Part shown: positions 29,807-39,401 of the stretch, piece by piece
Layout of the letters: every line of letters starts with the position of its first letter
How positions within the stretch are numbered: position 1 is the first letter of the stretch
Assembly: GCA_038227875.1 (NCBI GenBank)
Contig: JBBRPR010000015.1
Span: 64,001-128,000 of the forward strand
Length of the DNA stretch: 64,000 nucleotides
DNA from: Planctomycetota bacterium
GTDB taxonomy: Bacteria; Planctomycetota; SZUA-567; H5-PLA8
Reading direction: 5' to 3'
Notes under the pieces: model-generated
What the model was told of the DNA's origin: nothing
Seen by the model: the letters and a program-made list of their open reading frames with translations, nothing else
Database searches by the model: none
Position numbers and translations under genes: made by a program

Positions 29807-30361
29807 ATGGCCAATAAAGCATGGTACGCGCTGCGGGTGCAGTCGGAGCGGGAAGAAAAGATCAAGGAAAGCCTGGTCGCCCGGATTCGCGCCAAGGGTT
29901 TGGAACAACACGTTTCGCAGATCGTCGTTCCGGCTGAAAACGTGTCGGAAATCAAGGAAGGAAAGAAGCGGGTCTCCCAGCAGAAGATGTTCCCTGGGTA
30001 CATCCTCATCGAGATGGCGCTCAACGATCAGGGCGAGGTTCCGGAAGGAATCTGGTTCGCGGTCATGGAGACGCCGGGGATTAGCGGGTTTGTGAGCCCC
30101 GATCGCCGGAAGCCCGAGCCCCTCGACGAAACGGAAGTGCGGCGCATCCTCAACGACATCGAGTCGCGCAAGGAGAAGCCCAAGCCCAAGGTTGAATTCG
30201 AACCGGGCAACAAGGTTCGCATCAAGGAAGGCCCGTTCGAGAACTTCGACGGCACGGTGGAATCGGTGGATTCGACCAAGTGGATGCTCAAAGTGAAGGT
30301 CTCCATCTTCGGCCGCGATACCTCGGTTGAAATGGAATACGGCAAGGTCGAGAAAATCTAA
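29807..30361 (+). CDS. nusG: Transcription termination/antitermination factor NusG
   Basis: [40 protein letters not shown]. Confidence 0.97.
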   Translation: MANKAWYALRVQSEREEKIKESLVARIRAKGLEQHVSQIVVPAENVSEIKEGKKRVSQQKMFPGYILIEMALNDQGEVPEGIWFAVMETPGISGFVSPDRRKPEPLDETEVRRILNDIESRKEKPKPKVEFEPGNKVRIKEGPFENFDGTVESVDSTKWMLKVKVSIFGRDTSVEMEYGKVEKI

Positions 30362-30417
30362 CGACGCCACAGGCAATGCCCGTAAAACCGGGCCAGACAA
30401 GCAAGGGTACGACGGAA

Positions 30418-30846
30418 ATGGCAAAGAAAGAAATCAAGGCGAAGGTCAAGCTGCAGTGTCCCGCGGGCGGCGCCAATCCGGCCCCGCCGGTCGGCCCGGC
30501 GCTTTCGCAGCACGGCGTGAACATCGGCGAATTCGTCAAGCGCTTCAACGGCGACACCGCCAAGCAGAAGGGGATGATCATCCCCGTGATCGTAACGGTT
30601 TATATGGACAAATCGTTCGATCTGATGTACAAGACTCCGCCCGCGAGCGTGTTGCTGTGCAAAGCCGCCGGGATTGAGAAGGGTTCGGGCGAACCGAACA
30701 AGAACAAGGTCGGCAAGGTGACCCGCGCGCAGGTAGCGGAAATCGCCAAGGTAAAGGCCAAGGATTTGAACGCCGCCTCGCCGGAAGCCGCCAGCCGGGT
30801 AATTGAAGGAACGGCTCGCAGCATGGGAATTGAAGTGGTAGGATAA
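30418..30846 (+). CDS. rplK: 50S ribosomal protein L11
   Basis: [25 protein letters not shown]. Confidence 0.97.
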   Translation: MAKKEIKAKVKLQCPAGGANPAPPVGPALSQHGVNIGEFVKRFNGDTAKQKGMIIPVIVTVYMDKSFDLMYKTPPASVLLCKAAGIEKGSGEPNKNKVGKVTRAQVAEIAKVKAKDLNAASPEAASRVIEGTARSMGIEVVG

Positions 30847-30893
30847 GAAGAAGTTGCGCGACGAGTGATTCGTCGCCTGGACATAAGACAAAC

Positions 30894-30930
30894 GGAGGAG
30901 AGCGGATTGAAATCCGCTCGCTCGAACTCC
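30894..30930 (+). promoter_or_regulatory. Candidate L1-binding autoregulatory RNA site between rplK and rplA
   Basis: GGAG-GA-(9-bp stem)-GCTCGAA-CTCC asymmetric loop resembling known L1 mRNA targets (G-GA-G...C-GCGAAA-C). Confidence 0.6.
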
Positions 30931-30947
30931 AGAAAGAGCAAGCCTAA

Positions 30948-31649
30948 ATGCCGCGCAAAACCGGCGTCTCCATTCCGTCGCGTCGTTACCGTGAGTTGGC
31001 TGCCAAAGTCGAACCCACGAAGTCGTACAGCATCGACGATGCAATCGGGATTCTCAAATCCGGCCAGAAGAAGTGCAAATTCGACGAATCTGTCGACCTG
31101 GCCATCAAGCTCGACATCGACACCAAGCAGGCCGATCAACTCGTTCGCGGTTCCTTCTCGCTGCCCAAGGGCACGGGAAAGAGCATGCGCGTGATCTGCT
31201 TCGCCGACGGTGCGATGGCTGAAGCCGCGCGGCAGGCCGGTGCGCTCGAAGCGGGCGGTGAAGACCTCGCCAAGAAAGTGGAAGCTGGCTGGCTCGATTT
31301 CGACGTCGCTGTCGCGCATCCCGCGACCATGCGTTACGTCGGCCGCCTGGGTAAGGTGCTCGGACCGAAAGGCCTGATGCCCAGTCCCAAGTCCGGTACG
31401 GTGACCACCGATGTTGCCAAGGCCGTGCAGGAATTCAAAGCCGGCAAGATCGAGTTCCGCAACGACTCGTTCGGCAATGTTCACGTCACGGTTGGCAAGC
31501 TCAGCTTCAGCAAGGAAGACCTGCAAGTGAACGTGAAGGCGATGTTGGAACACATCATCGCCATCCGCCCGCAGGCGGTGAAGGGCAATTACCTGCGCAA
31601 GGCCTCGCTGACCAGCACGATGGGACCGGGCCTGCGCCTGGCCATGTAA
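30948..31649 (+). CDS. rplA: 50S ribosomal protein L1
   Basis: [31 protein letters not shown]. Confidence 0.97.
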   Translation: MPRKTGVSIPSRRYRELAAKVEPTKSYSIDDAIGILKSGQKKCKFDESVDLAIKLDIDTKQADQLVRGSFSLPKGTGKSMRVICFADGAMAEAARQAGALEAGGEDLAKKVEAGWLDFDVAVAHPATMRYVGRLGKVLGPKGLMPSPKSGTVTTDVAKAVQEFKAGKIEFRNDSFGNVHVTVGKLSFSKEDLQVNVKAMLEHIIAIRPQAVKGNYLRKASLTSTMGPGLRLAM

Positions 31650-31692
31650 CAATTGGATTTTGGATTCGGATTTTGATTCTGGAGTTTTAAAC

Positions 31693-32349
31693 ATGGCCGA
31701 CCGCAGACCGCAAGACAAGAAGCCAAAGGGATCAGGCAATCCCAACCGCATCAACCGCCTGCTCGTGAAGAAGGTGGAAGCGGATTACAGCAAGATGACC
31801 AACATGGTCCTCCTGGTGAACTTGAAGGTCACCAGCGAAGAGAACCAGGAAATCCGCAACACGCTGCGCGAGAGCAAGATCAAGCTGCGCATGGTCCGCA
31901 ACCGCCTCTCAATGAAGGCGTTTTCGGAACTGGGCCTGAAAGACGCGCAGAAGCTGTTCCTCGGACCGACCTGCATCGTCGATGCGGACGATCCGGTGAC
32001 GGCCGCGAAGGTGGCCTGCGACCTGGTCGGCAAGTACAAGAACTCGCTCAAGCTGGCGGGCGGAATTCTCGAAGGCAAGCTGCTGGACGCGAAGGAAGTC
32101 GAAGCGCTGGCGAAGTCGAAGACCAAGCCGCAACTGCTGGCCGATGTCGTCAGCATGACCAAGAGCCCCGGCGCGCGCATCGCGGGAGCCCTCAAGGGAC
32201 CCGGCGGACGCCTGGCCGGAGCGATCAAGGCGCTGGTCGAGAAGTTGGAGAAGGGCGAAGCGGCCGTGGCCGTAGCGGCGGCTCCGGCCGAAGCTGCTCC
32301 GGCGGCAGCAGCACCGGCGGCGCCTGCGGGCGACGTTAAGCCGGCGTAA
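31693..32349 (+). CDS. rplJ: 50S ribosomal protein L10 (divergent, Ala-rich tail)
   Basis: RMVRNRL, FLGPT, GGILEG..L...V.ALAK; position between rplA and rplL. Confidence 0.9.
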   Translation: MADRRPQDKKPKGSGNPNRINRLLVKKVEADYSKMTNMVLLVNLKVTSEENQEIRNTLRESKIKLRMVRNRLSMKAFSELGLKDAQKLFLGPTCIVDADDPVTAAKVACDLVGKYKNSLKLAGGILEGKLLDAKEVEALAKSKTKPQLLADVVSMTKSPGARIAGALKGPGGRLAGAIKALVEKLEKGEAAVAVAAAPAEAAPAAAAPAAPAGDVKPA

Positions 32350-32536
32350 GTGTTGGACACAATCTTCTGGTGAAGGCTGCGTTGGCGTGGTGTCAACGTG
32401 GGAATGACGGGGATATTGACCGGGGGCAGGGCTTACGCCGACTGACCGGAACGACCCGAGGTAATGTACGCAAGCTTTGCTTGCGAAGAGGCAACAAGCT
32501 AAAGCTTGTTCTACGTGGAAAAGGGAGGTTACAGTC

Positions 32537-32938
32537 ATGGCGGATTTCGCCCCCGAAATCAGTGAATTGGGTGACAAAATTGTCGGTCTGAGCTTGCTTC
32601 AGGCCAAGTCGCTGGCCGACTACCTGAAGGAAAAGCACGGCATTGAAGCCGCGGCGGGCGTTGCGGTTGCCGCTGCTGCACCGGCTGCTGCTGGTGGCAA
32701 GCCGGCCGAAGCCGAAGCCAAGGCCACGCTCGACGTGATCCTGACCAAGGTTGCCGATTCGACCAAGAAGATCTCGGTCATCAAGGTTGTCCGCGAGATC
32801 ACCGGCCTGGGCTTGAAGGAAGCCAAGGACGTGGTCGACAAGGCACCGCAGGTCGTCAAGCCGGGCGTTCCTCGCGAAGAAGCAGAAGCGATGAAGGCCA
32901 AGCTCGAGAAGGAAGGCGCCACGATCGATCTGAAGTAA
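32537..32938 (+). CDS. rplL: 50S ribosomal protein L7/L12
   Basis: KISVIKVVREITGLGLKEAKD; RBS gggagg. Confidence 0.97.
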   Translation: MADFAPEISELGDKIVGLSLLQAKSLADYLKEKHGIEAAAGVAVAAAAPAAAGGKPAEAEAKATLDVILTKVADSTKKISVIKVVREITGLGLKEAKDVVDKAPQVVKPGVPREEAEAMKAKLEKEGATIDLK

Positions 32939-32973
32939 GATCGTTCGCCGCACTCCTGCTCGTACCACAAAAC

Positions 32974-33025
32974 AAAGACTGGAGACGCATCGGCATCCTG
33001 CCGTGTGCGTCTCCGTCTTTTTGTT
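32974..33025 (+). terminator. Intrinsic terminator after rplL
   Basis: aaagac.ggagacgcatcggca-tcc-tgccgtgtgcgtctccgtctttttgtt. Confidence 0.8.
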
Positions 33026-33087
33026 CACCGTTTCAGCGCAACTTTACGCCTTCCCGCGTCGAATCCCGGCGTTAAGATGGCCATTGC

Positions 33088-34035
33088 ATGCGCGCCTTTA
33101 TCCTTCTCCTATTTTTGACGCTGCTCTCCACCATGGCGCTCCACGCCGCCGACGACCTCGCGCCGGGAGCCGTTGCCGCGCCGTTTGAAATCATCGGCGA
33201 TCGCCTCTTCATTCCCGCGACGCTCAACGACGACGCCAGCTGCTCCTGCCTGCTCGATACAGGGTCTGAAGTCACGCTGCTCAACCGGGCGCGCGTCACC
33301 GTCAAGAATCTGCGCTACGGCGCGTTTGATCAGCTGCAAGGCGCGTTCGTGGGGAATTTCCGTTCGCAGCCCGCTACGCTTAAAAAATTCGCGCTGGGCA
33401 AGGACGGCAAGCAGCAGTTCGAAAGCTGCGCCATTGGCGTGATCAACCAGGGCAAAGGCACGCAGCTCGAACAGATCGACATGATTCTCGGCATGGACCT
33501 GTTGAGCCACGCGCGCTTTACCATCGACTTCAAACACAGCCGCGTGATTTTCTGGCCGCCGAACTCGGTCCTGACGAAACCCGCCGACGGCATCGAGCGC
33601 ATCCAACTCGCCACGCATCGCGGCCTGAAAGAGGAAGGCACACGTCCGCGCATCCTGGCGCGCCTCAACGGCAAAACCGCCGCGGAGTTTTTGGTCGACT
33701 TCGGCGCTGACACCCCGCTGTATGTGGCGACGCATGATTTCAAGGAGCTCGGTTTCGATCCCGCCGGCGAAGCCAGCGGCTCGATGGAACTCGCCACGCC
33801 CGCGCCGATGACGCTATTTTTTTACCGCCAGTTCTGGCCGAAACTCGAATTCAGCACGATGGCCTTCGAACGCGTCGAGGGCCGCATCATCGCCGCCGCT
33901 CAGGCGCCCGCGAGCGTCCGCAACGACCTGCAGACGATGTACAACATCCTCGGCACGCCGTTCCTGAAAACGCTCGATGCGGTCCACATCGATATGCCGG
34001 GAAAGCTGGTCTCGTTCGATCGGGCGAAGAAGTAA
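33088..34035 (+). CDS. Secreted retropepsin-like aspartic protease, two tandem domains
   Basis: Signal peptide; LLDTGS...ILGMD.L..TIDF; second domain LVDFGA...ILGTPFL..HID. Confidence 0.8.
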   Translation: MRAFILLLFLTLLSTMALHAADDLAPGAVAAPFEIIGDRLFIPATLNDDASCSCLLDTGSEVTLLNRARVTVKNLRYGAFDQLQGAFVGNFRSQPATLKKFALGKDGKQQFESCAIGVINQGKGTQLEQIDMILGMDLLSHARFTIDFKHSRVIFWPPNSVLTKPADGIERIQLATHRGLKEEGTRPRILARLNGKTAAEFLVDFGADTPLYVATHDFKELGFDPAGEASGSMELATPAPMTLFFYRQFWPKLEFSTMAFERVEGRIIAAAQAPASVRNDLQTMYNILGTPFLKTLDAVHIDMPGKLVSFDRAKK

Positions 34036-34036
34036 A

Positions 34037-34170
34037 AGATGGGATCGGGGATCGGGCATCAGGCATCGGTCGTTAGGAAGTCGCTGTTTTCAAACTTGGC
34101 GCAGTGCCGATGAGAACAGTTTCAATTCTCACGAATGAATTCACCCGCTGACCGATGCCCGATCCCATCT
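34037..34170. repeat. Inverted-repeat element built from GGCATCG/GGGATCG heptamers between convergent genes
   Basis: agatgggatcggg...ggcatcggtc pairs with gaccgatgcccgatcccatct. Confidence 0.75.
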
Positions 34171-34172
34171 GT

Positions 34173-35357
34173 TCAGAACTTCCCGACCACCGCGCCGCCG
34201 CTGGAGTTCAACAGACGTGATCCGCCCTTCGCCAGCGACTTCAATGCTTTGGCGTAACGGGGGAAGGCGGAGGTTTTCATCAGAGCGACCACCGCGCCGC
34301 CGAAGCCGCCGCCGGTCATGCGCGCGCCGGGGCAGGCGCCATTTTTCTTGTTGAGCTCCGTGCAGCGCTCGACGATGGCATCGAGTTCCGGGCAGCTCAC
34401 TTCGTAGTCGAGCTGCAGGCTGGCGTGGCTGAGTGAGAGGAGGCGGCCGAGTTCCGGGATGTCGCCGCGCGTCAGGGCTGCGGCGAACTGCGCGACGCGC
34501 TGGCTTTCAGTAACGATGTGGCGCACGCGCTTGCTCTCGTTGGCGGTGAGTTTGCCCGAGAATTTGAGCAGGTGATCGACGGTCACGGTGCGCAGCGATT
34601 TCTGGCCCATCAACTTCGCCGCGTGTTCGCATTCCGCGCGGCGCTTGTTGTATTCGCTCGAAGCGAGCTTGTGGCGCACGCCGGTATCAAAAAGTGCGAA
34701 GCTGTAACCGGTCAGCGAAATCGGAATGTTGATCACGTCCAGCGAGCGGCAGTCGAGCAGCAGCGCGTTGCCGGGTTTGGCGCGGGCGACGACGGTCTGA
34801 TCCATGATCCCGCAGCGCACGCCGGCGAATTTGTGTTCGGCTTCCTGGCCGACGAAGGCGAGCTTCTGACGGTCCATGGTTTTTCCAGCCAGGGTCAGCA
34901 GCGCTAGACCGGTGGAAATCTCCAGCGCCGCGCTGCTCGAAAGGCCTGCGCCCTGCGGCAGATTGCCGGTGACAAACAAATCGCCGCCGGCGAGCTTGAT
35001 GCCGCGCCGTGTCAGCGCCGCCGCGACGCCGCGCACGTAATTGCTCCAATGGAGCGCCGCGTTTTTTACCGGTGTAATATTTTTGAGCGGAAATTCATCG
35101 CGGGGCGTGCCGTGTCCGCTGGCGGCGATGACATCGGAGTAGACCGCGATTCGCGGCGCAGCATTGGCGCGGAAGAGGACCGTGGTGTGTTCGGAGACCG
35201 CGATCGGCAGCACGAGCCCGTCGTTGTAGTCGGTGTGCTCGCCGATCAGGTTGCTGCGTCCAGGCGCGCGTGCGGCGCGGATGGCGGAACCTTTGCCAAA
35301 TTGCTTTTCAAACGCCGCAATGAGCGCTGCACGGTTGGAGCTCGAATTTTTTGTCAT
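34173..35357 (-). CDS. galK: Galactokinase
   Basis: APGR.NLIGEHTDYN, GAGLSSSAA, CGIMDQ, ARMTGGGFGG. Confidence 0.96.
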   Translation of the reverse strand: MTKNSSSNRAALIAAFEKQFGKGSAIRAARAPGRSNLIGEHTDYNDGLVLPIAVSEHTTVLFRANAAPRIAVYSDVIAASGHGTPRDEFPLKNITPVKNAALHWSNYVRGVAAALTRRGIKLAGGDLFVTGNLPQGAGLSSSAALEISTGLALLTLAGKTMDRQKLAFVGQEAEHKFAGVRCGIMDQTVVARAKPGNALLLDCRSLDVINIPISLTGYSFALFDTGVRHKLASSEYNKRRAECEHAAKLMGQKSLRTVTVDHLLKFSGKLTANESKRVRHIVTESQRVAQFAAALTRGDIPELGRLLSLSHASLQLDYEVSCPELDAIVERCTELNKKNGACPGARMTGGGFGGAVVALMKTSAFPRYAKALKSLAKGGSRLLNSSGGAVVGKF

Positions 35358-35401
35358 GCGCTATCCATTAACATGGAGCGCGCGGAAAGGAAAGAGTGCT
35401 T

Positions 35402-35568
35402 TTGCAGGCGGGACGCCTGCCCCACAATTGCAGGCGTCCCGCCTGCAAGTGCTGACCTCTGGGCCCCGGGGCCCAGAGGTCGTGCGAAAATTTTTGCACA
35501 GGTCAAAATGACCCTGGTGACCATTGTCACTAGGGTTGGGAACCTGGTATTAAATTTAATACCTGGTT
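35402..35568. repeat. Train of palindromes, including a GCAGGCGGGACGCCTGC REP doublet
   Basis: REP doublet 35402-35448; perfect 28-bp palindrome 35454-35481; further arms at 35482-99, 35501-13, 35511-36; perfect 18-bp palindrome 35546-63. Confidence 0.88.
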
Positions 35569-35584
35569 AAAACCAAGCACTCAC

Positions 35585-36508
35585 TCATTTCGCGTGCGTC
35601 GTTACAGCTGACTTCGCGTTTAAGAACGATTCGAGATCCGATTCGTTTACGGCTGGCTCGCCGGGGCTGACGTTGTTCAGCTTGCCGCTCTTCATCCACT
35701 CTTCCAGGCGGTCGATTTCGCGGAAGAGGTGATCGAAGCTGTCGGCGACGAAGAGCAGCGGCTGGAAATGATCGATTTCGAAATACTGATTCACAACCCA
35801 TTCGAGCTGAAACGGATAGCGCTGCACCAGCGGCGATTCGATCGCGTGCTCGATTTCCCCGAAGGAACTGAGCAGACCGCTGCCATACACTTTGAGGTCG
35901 CCGTTGTCCTTCATTAGCCCAAATTCAATCGTGAACCAGAAGAAACGCGCCATCGCCTTGATGATGCTTTCGACGTGACGGACCTGATCGTGCTTGTCGT
36001 CTTTGCCGGCGACGATGTCGGCGGCCGTGTTCGCGACCTCGCCGAAGCGGACCAGCACGTCGGCGAAACGGCGGTGCGTATGCATCGGCACGTGGCCGGC
36101 GACGTCGTGGAAAATATCGGGTTCAGGGAGGTAGTCGAGCGTCTGGTTGTCACGGATGGTGATCGTGGTCGGGAATTCGCGGTTGCGCAGGCAATCGAAA
36201 AATAAAAACGCCGGGACGTAGCCGCTCACGGCTTTGGCTTTAAATCCACTGAGCGGTTCGAGGAATTTGTTGATCTCGTCGAGGTGCGGGATGTTGTTGG
36301 GATTGAGCGCGAGGTTGTTGACGCCTTCGAGAAACTGCGAGTGCGCGTACTTTCGCCACTTGGGCAGAATACGCGCGTAGAGTCCGCGCCACGCCTCCTG
36401 ATTCGCTTCGCTGTAGAGTTCGTACGGCTGCCGGATGAACAGTGCGCCGTGTTTGCGCTCTTCTTCGATGAACGGCGCTTTGGTGGTCGTGAGGCCGGGG
36501 GCGGTCAT
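35585..36508 (-). CDS. phhA: Phenylalanine 4-monooxygenase (pterin-dependent aromatic amino acid hydroxylase)
   Basis: DYLPEPDIFHDVAGHVP, FWFTIEFGL, YGSGLLSSFGE. Confidence 0.92.
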   Translation of the reverse strand: MTAPGLTTTKAPFIEEERKHGALFIRQPYELYSEANQEAWRGLYARILPKWRKYAHSQFLEGVNNLALNPNNIPHLDEINKFLEPLSGFKAKAVSGYVPAFLFFDCLRNREFPTTITIRDNQTLDYLPEPDIFHDVAGHVPMHTHRRFADVLVRFGEVANTAADIVAGKDDKHDQVRHVESIIKAMARFFWFTIEFGLMKDNGDLKVYGSGLLSSFGEIEHAIESPLVQRYPFQLEWVVNQYFEIDHFQPLLFVADSFDHLFREIDRLEEWMKSGKLNNVSPGEPAVNESDLESFLNAKSAVTTHAK

Positions 36509-36512
36509 GAAG

Positions 36513-36553
36513 TTGGCTCCTGGCTTTTAGCTCTTGGCTCTTGGGCGCAAGCG
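36513..36553. repeat. GGCTCTT heptamer array directly upstream of phhA
   Basis: ttggctcctggcttttagctcttggctcttgggcgcaagcg; last 20 nt identical to 39836-39855. Confidence 0.8.
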
Positions 36554-36628
36554 GCGGGGCGAGCCTCGTCACTAGTACTCTACTACACGACTGGGGCTCG
36601 GGGCAACTTCGTACTTGGTGCGAGGACG

Positions 36629-37567
36629 TCAACGCCGTTTGGCTTTGCGTTCTTTGAGCTTTTCGAGCACGGAGTAGGGGATCTTGAGATTGTTGGCGAC
36701 GCCGGAGGCCAGTTCCACGGCGGTGTTTCCGCGGCCGGGTTCGGCGTGGAAGTCACTGCCGCCGGAGATGGCCAGGTCGTACTTCGCCGCCAGGCGCGCG
36801 CACAGTTCCGTGTCCTGGGGCGTGTGTAAACTGTAATGGACTTCAATGCCATCCATGCCCTTTTTCTTCAGATCGGCGACGAGTTCATCGAGCTCCGCTT
36901 CGTCCTTCGCTTTCAGGTACGGTGGGTGTGCGAGAATCGCCAGGCCGTCGGCGCTGTGGATCTGCTGGATCGATTCCTCTGGGCTGGCTGCGAAGCGCGT
37001 GAAGTACGCGGGGCGGCCCTTGGAGAGAAACTTGTCGAACGCTTCCTGCTTGTTCTTGACGTAACCCTTCCGGATCATCACCGCGGCGATGTGGGGGCGG
37101 CCGACGCTCTTGGTATCCAGCGCACCGCCGCCGTCGCCGTTGTCGACGCAACCGGCTTCCTCTTCCACTTCCTGCATGGTGATGGGCATGCCCAGTTCGT
37201 TGAGACGCTGGACGATCTGCGGATTGCGGATCTTGCGGCCGTCGGAAAGTTTCTTCAAGAACGAACGAAACGCCTGGCTGGATGGATCGACGAACAGTCC
37301 AACGATATGCATCGTGCCGCGCGCGTACTCGGCCGAAATTTCCACGCCGGAGATTGTTTCCACACCGTGGAGCTTGCCCATGTCGTGAAACGTGCGTAAA
37401 CCCGCAACTGTATCGTGATCGGTCAATGCGAGTGCACGGAGTTCGAGTTGCTTGGCGAGTTCGATGAGCTTAACGGGGGTCATTCTGCCGTCGGAGGCAG
37501 TGGAGTGGCAATGGAGGTCGATCCAATCTTTCGGCAAAGATGTGACCCTCAGTGGATGCCACCTCAC
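36629..37567 (-). CDS. PHP-domain phosphoesterase (TrpH/YciV-like); start uncertain
   Basis: DLHCHSTASDG, ALTDHD, GVEIS, GRPH, LAHP, GGSDFH. Confidence 0.9.
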   Translation of the reverse strand: MRWHPLRVTSLPKDWIDLHCHSTASDGRMTPVKLIELAKQLELRALALTDHDTVAGLRTFHDMGKLHGVETISGVEISAEYARGTMHIVGLFVDPSSQAFRSFLKKLSDGRKIRNPQIVQRLNELGMPITMQEVEEEAGCVDNGDGGGALDTKSVGRPHIAAVMIRKGYVKNKQEAFDKFLSKGRPAYFTRFAASPEESIQQIHSADGLAILAHPPYLKAKDEAELDELVADLKKKGMDGIEVHYSLHTPQDTELCARLAAKYDLAISGGSDFHAEPGRGNTAVELASGVANNLKIPYSVLEKLKERKAKRR

Positions 37568-37678
37568 TAGATAAGTGATTACCCGAGAAACGCCAGCGAA
37601 AGCGAAGGGTTTCGAGAGTGTAAATTCGATCTTTTCGAGGAGAGCGGCTGAATTTGAGCGGAATGAAATATATACAGC

Positions 37679-38077
37679 TTAAGACTCGGAATTTTCTTCC
37701 AATCTGTATGCATCGTGAAACAGTTCGCGGATACAAAATGAGCCGTTCAAGCGTTCTCCACTTAGCATGAATTTAAAGAGACGGTCGGTCGAGCGCAACC
37801 AATGCAGACTGCCCTGATCCACGCGCACGACTGAACCGCGATCGCCGGAGACTGCGCCTTCAACATTCAAATACGTGCGGCGATGGTCCGCGTTCAGTTT
37901 CAGCGTCGATCCCGATGACGGAAAAACGTCTTCGCAGGTCGTGAACGCTTTGAGCACGCGGTCGTTCTCGTCGCGGCCGTCGTTGAGTTGCAGCAGCAGA
38001 TCGTAGTGATCGGGATGGCCGGACCATCCCGTGTGGTGGAGAACAACGAAGCGCAATCCGGGCGGATTGGAACTCAC
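37679..38077 (-). CDS. Small protein resembling the LigD N-terminal 3'-phosphoesterase domain
   Basis: RFVVLHH...DHYDLLL...ADHRRTYL..EG.VSGDRGSV.RVDQG; GTG start overlaps the proA stop (GTGA). Confidence 0.7.
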   Translation of the reverse strand: MSSNPPGLRFVVLHHTGWSGHPDHYDLLLQLNDGRDENDRVLKAFTTCEDVFPSSGSTLKLNADHRRTYLNVEGAVSGDRGSVVRVDQGSLHWLRSTDRLFKFMLSGERLNGSFCIRELFHDAYRLEENSES

Positions 38078-39366
38078 GTGCGGAGCTGGCCCGAGCCGTC
38101 GCCGAGCCACTTGTACGTGGTGAGCTCTTCCAGGCCCATCGGTCCGCGTGCGTGGAGTTTGTCGGTGGAGATGCCGATTTCCGCGCCGAGCCCGAATTCG
38201 AAGCCGTCGTTGAGACGCGTCGACGCATTCACGAAAATGCAGGCGCTGTCGATCATGTTCTGGAAACGCCGGCCGTGTTCGGGATTGGTGGTGACGATCG
38301 TCTCGGTGTGGCGCGAGCCGTGCTTTTCGATGTGGTCGGCGGCATCTTCGAGCGAGTCGACGACTTTCACAGAGAGGATACGGTCGAGGTATTCTGTGTC
38401 GTAGGTGCTCTCGTCGGCATCCTTGATCGCCGCGCCGGCAAGTCCCGCGGCCGCGAGTATGCGGCGCGATTCCGGACAGACGCGGAGCTGGCAGCTTTTT
38501 TCGATCAGCAGGCGTCCGGCATCGGGGAGAAAACGTTCAGCGACGGCTTTGTGGACGAGCAACGTTTCCGCCGCGTTGCAGACGGAGACGCGTTGGAGCT
38601 TGGAATTGAGTGTGATCGTTCTGGCCAGATCGAGATCGGCTTCATTGTCGACGTAAACGTGGCAGACGCCCTTGTAGTGCTTGATCGTGGGAATCGTGGA
38701 GTTCTCGGCGACAGCGCGGATCAGGCTTTCGCCGCCGCGGGGAATCGCCAGATCGATCTGTGCGTTCATCTTCAGCAGCGCGTTGACCGCGGCGCGATCG
38801 GCGGTTTCGACGACATTCACCGCCGCTGCCGGGACGCCGGCCTTGGCGATACTGGCACGAAGCACTTTGGCCAGTGCGCGGTTGGTGGAGAGCGCTTCAC
38901 TGCCGCCACGGAGGATGCTGGCGTTGCCGGCCTTCAGGCAGAGCGTGGCGGCTTCGACGGTGACATTGGGGCGCGATTCAAAAATGATCAAGATCACGCC
39001 GATCGGCACGCGCACGCGGCGGAGCACCAGGCCACTGGGGCGCGTCGAGCGCGAGAGCTCCTGGCCGACCGGATCGGGGAGCGCGATTACCTGCTGGATA
39101 CCTTCGGCGAGTTTCTCCAGGCCGCGCGAATCGAGCTTCAAGCGGTCGAGCATCGGACCGGCGAGCCCCTTTTCGCGGCCGCGGGCAAGGTCTTCGGCAT
39201 TGGCCGTTTCGATCGCGGAGCGTTCCTTGATCAGCGCTTCGACACAATACTGCAGCGCGGCGTTTTTCTGTTCGGTCGACACCGTGGCAAGCGTCCGCGC
39301 GGCTGTGCGGGCTTCACGGGCGAGCTTCAGCATGTCGGCGGCGATATCGGTGACGGCTTCAGGCAT
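38074..39366 (-). CDS. proA: Gamma-glutamyl phosphate reductase
   Basis: FESRPNVT, LRGGSEA, CNAAETLL, NASTR, EIGIST.KLHARGPMGL. Confidence 0.96.
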   Translation of the reverse strand: MPEAVTDIAADMLKLAREARTAARTLATVSTEQKNAALQYCVEALIKERSAIETANAEDLARGREKGLAGPMLDRLKLDSRGLEKLAEGIQQVIALPDPVGQELSRSTRPSGLVLRRVRVPIGVILIIFESRPNVTVEAATLCLKAGNASILRGGSEALSTNRALAKVLRASIAKAGVPAAAVNVVETADRAAVNALLKMNAQIDLAIPRGGESLIRAVAENSTIPTIKHYKGVCHVYVDNEADLDLARTITLNSKLQRVSVCNAAETLLVHKAVAERFLPDAGRLLIEKSCQLRVCPESRRILAAAGLAGAAIKDADESTYDTEYLDRILSVKVVDSLEDAADHIEKHGSRHTETIVTTNPEHGRRFQNMIDSACIFVNASTRLNDGFEFGLGAEIGISTDKLHARGPMGLEELTTYKWLGDGSGQLRT

Positions 39367-39401
39367 GGCGATCCGGTTCTTTCCTCTGACTCGATTGACG
39401 C

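Noticed and set aside
32441..32462. ACT-GA-CCGG...CCCG-A-GGT as another copy of the sulfate-operon hairpin
   Set aside because: The inner stem is mismatched and the context is unrelated; treated as chance or part of the rplL leader.
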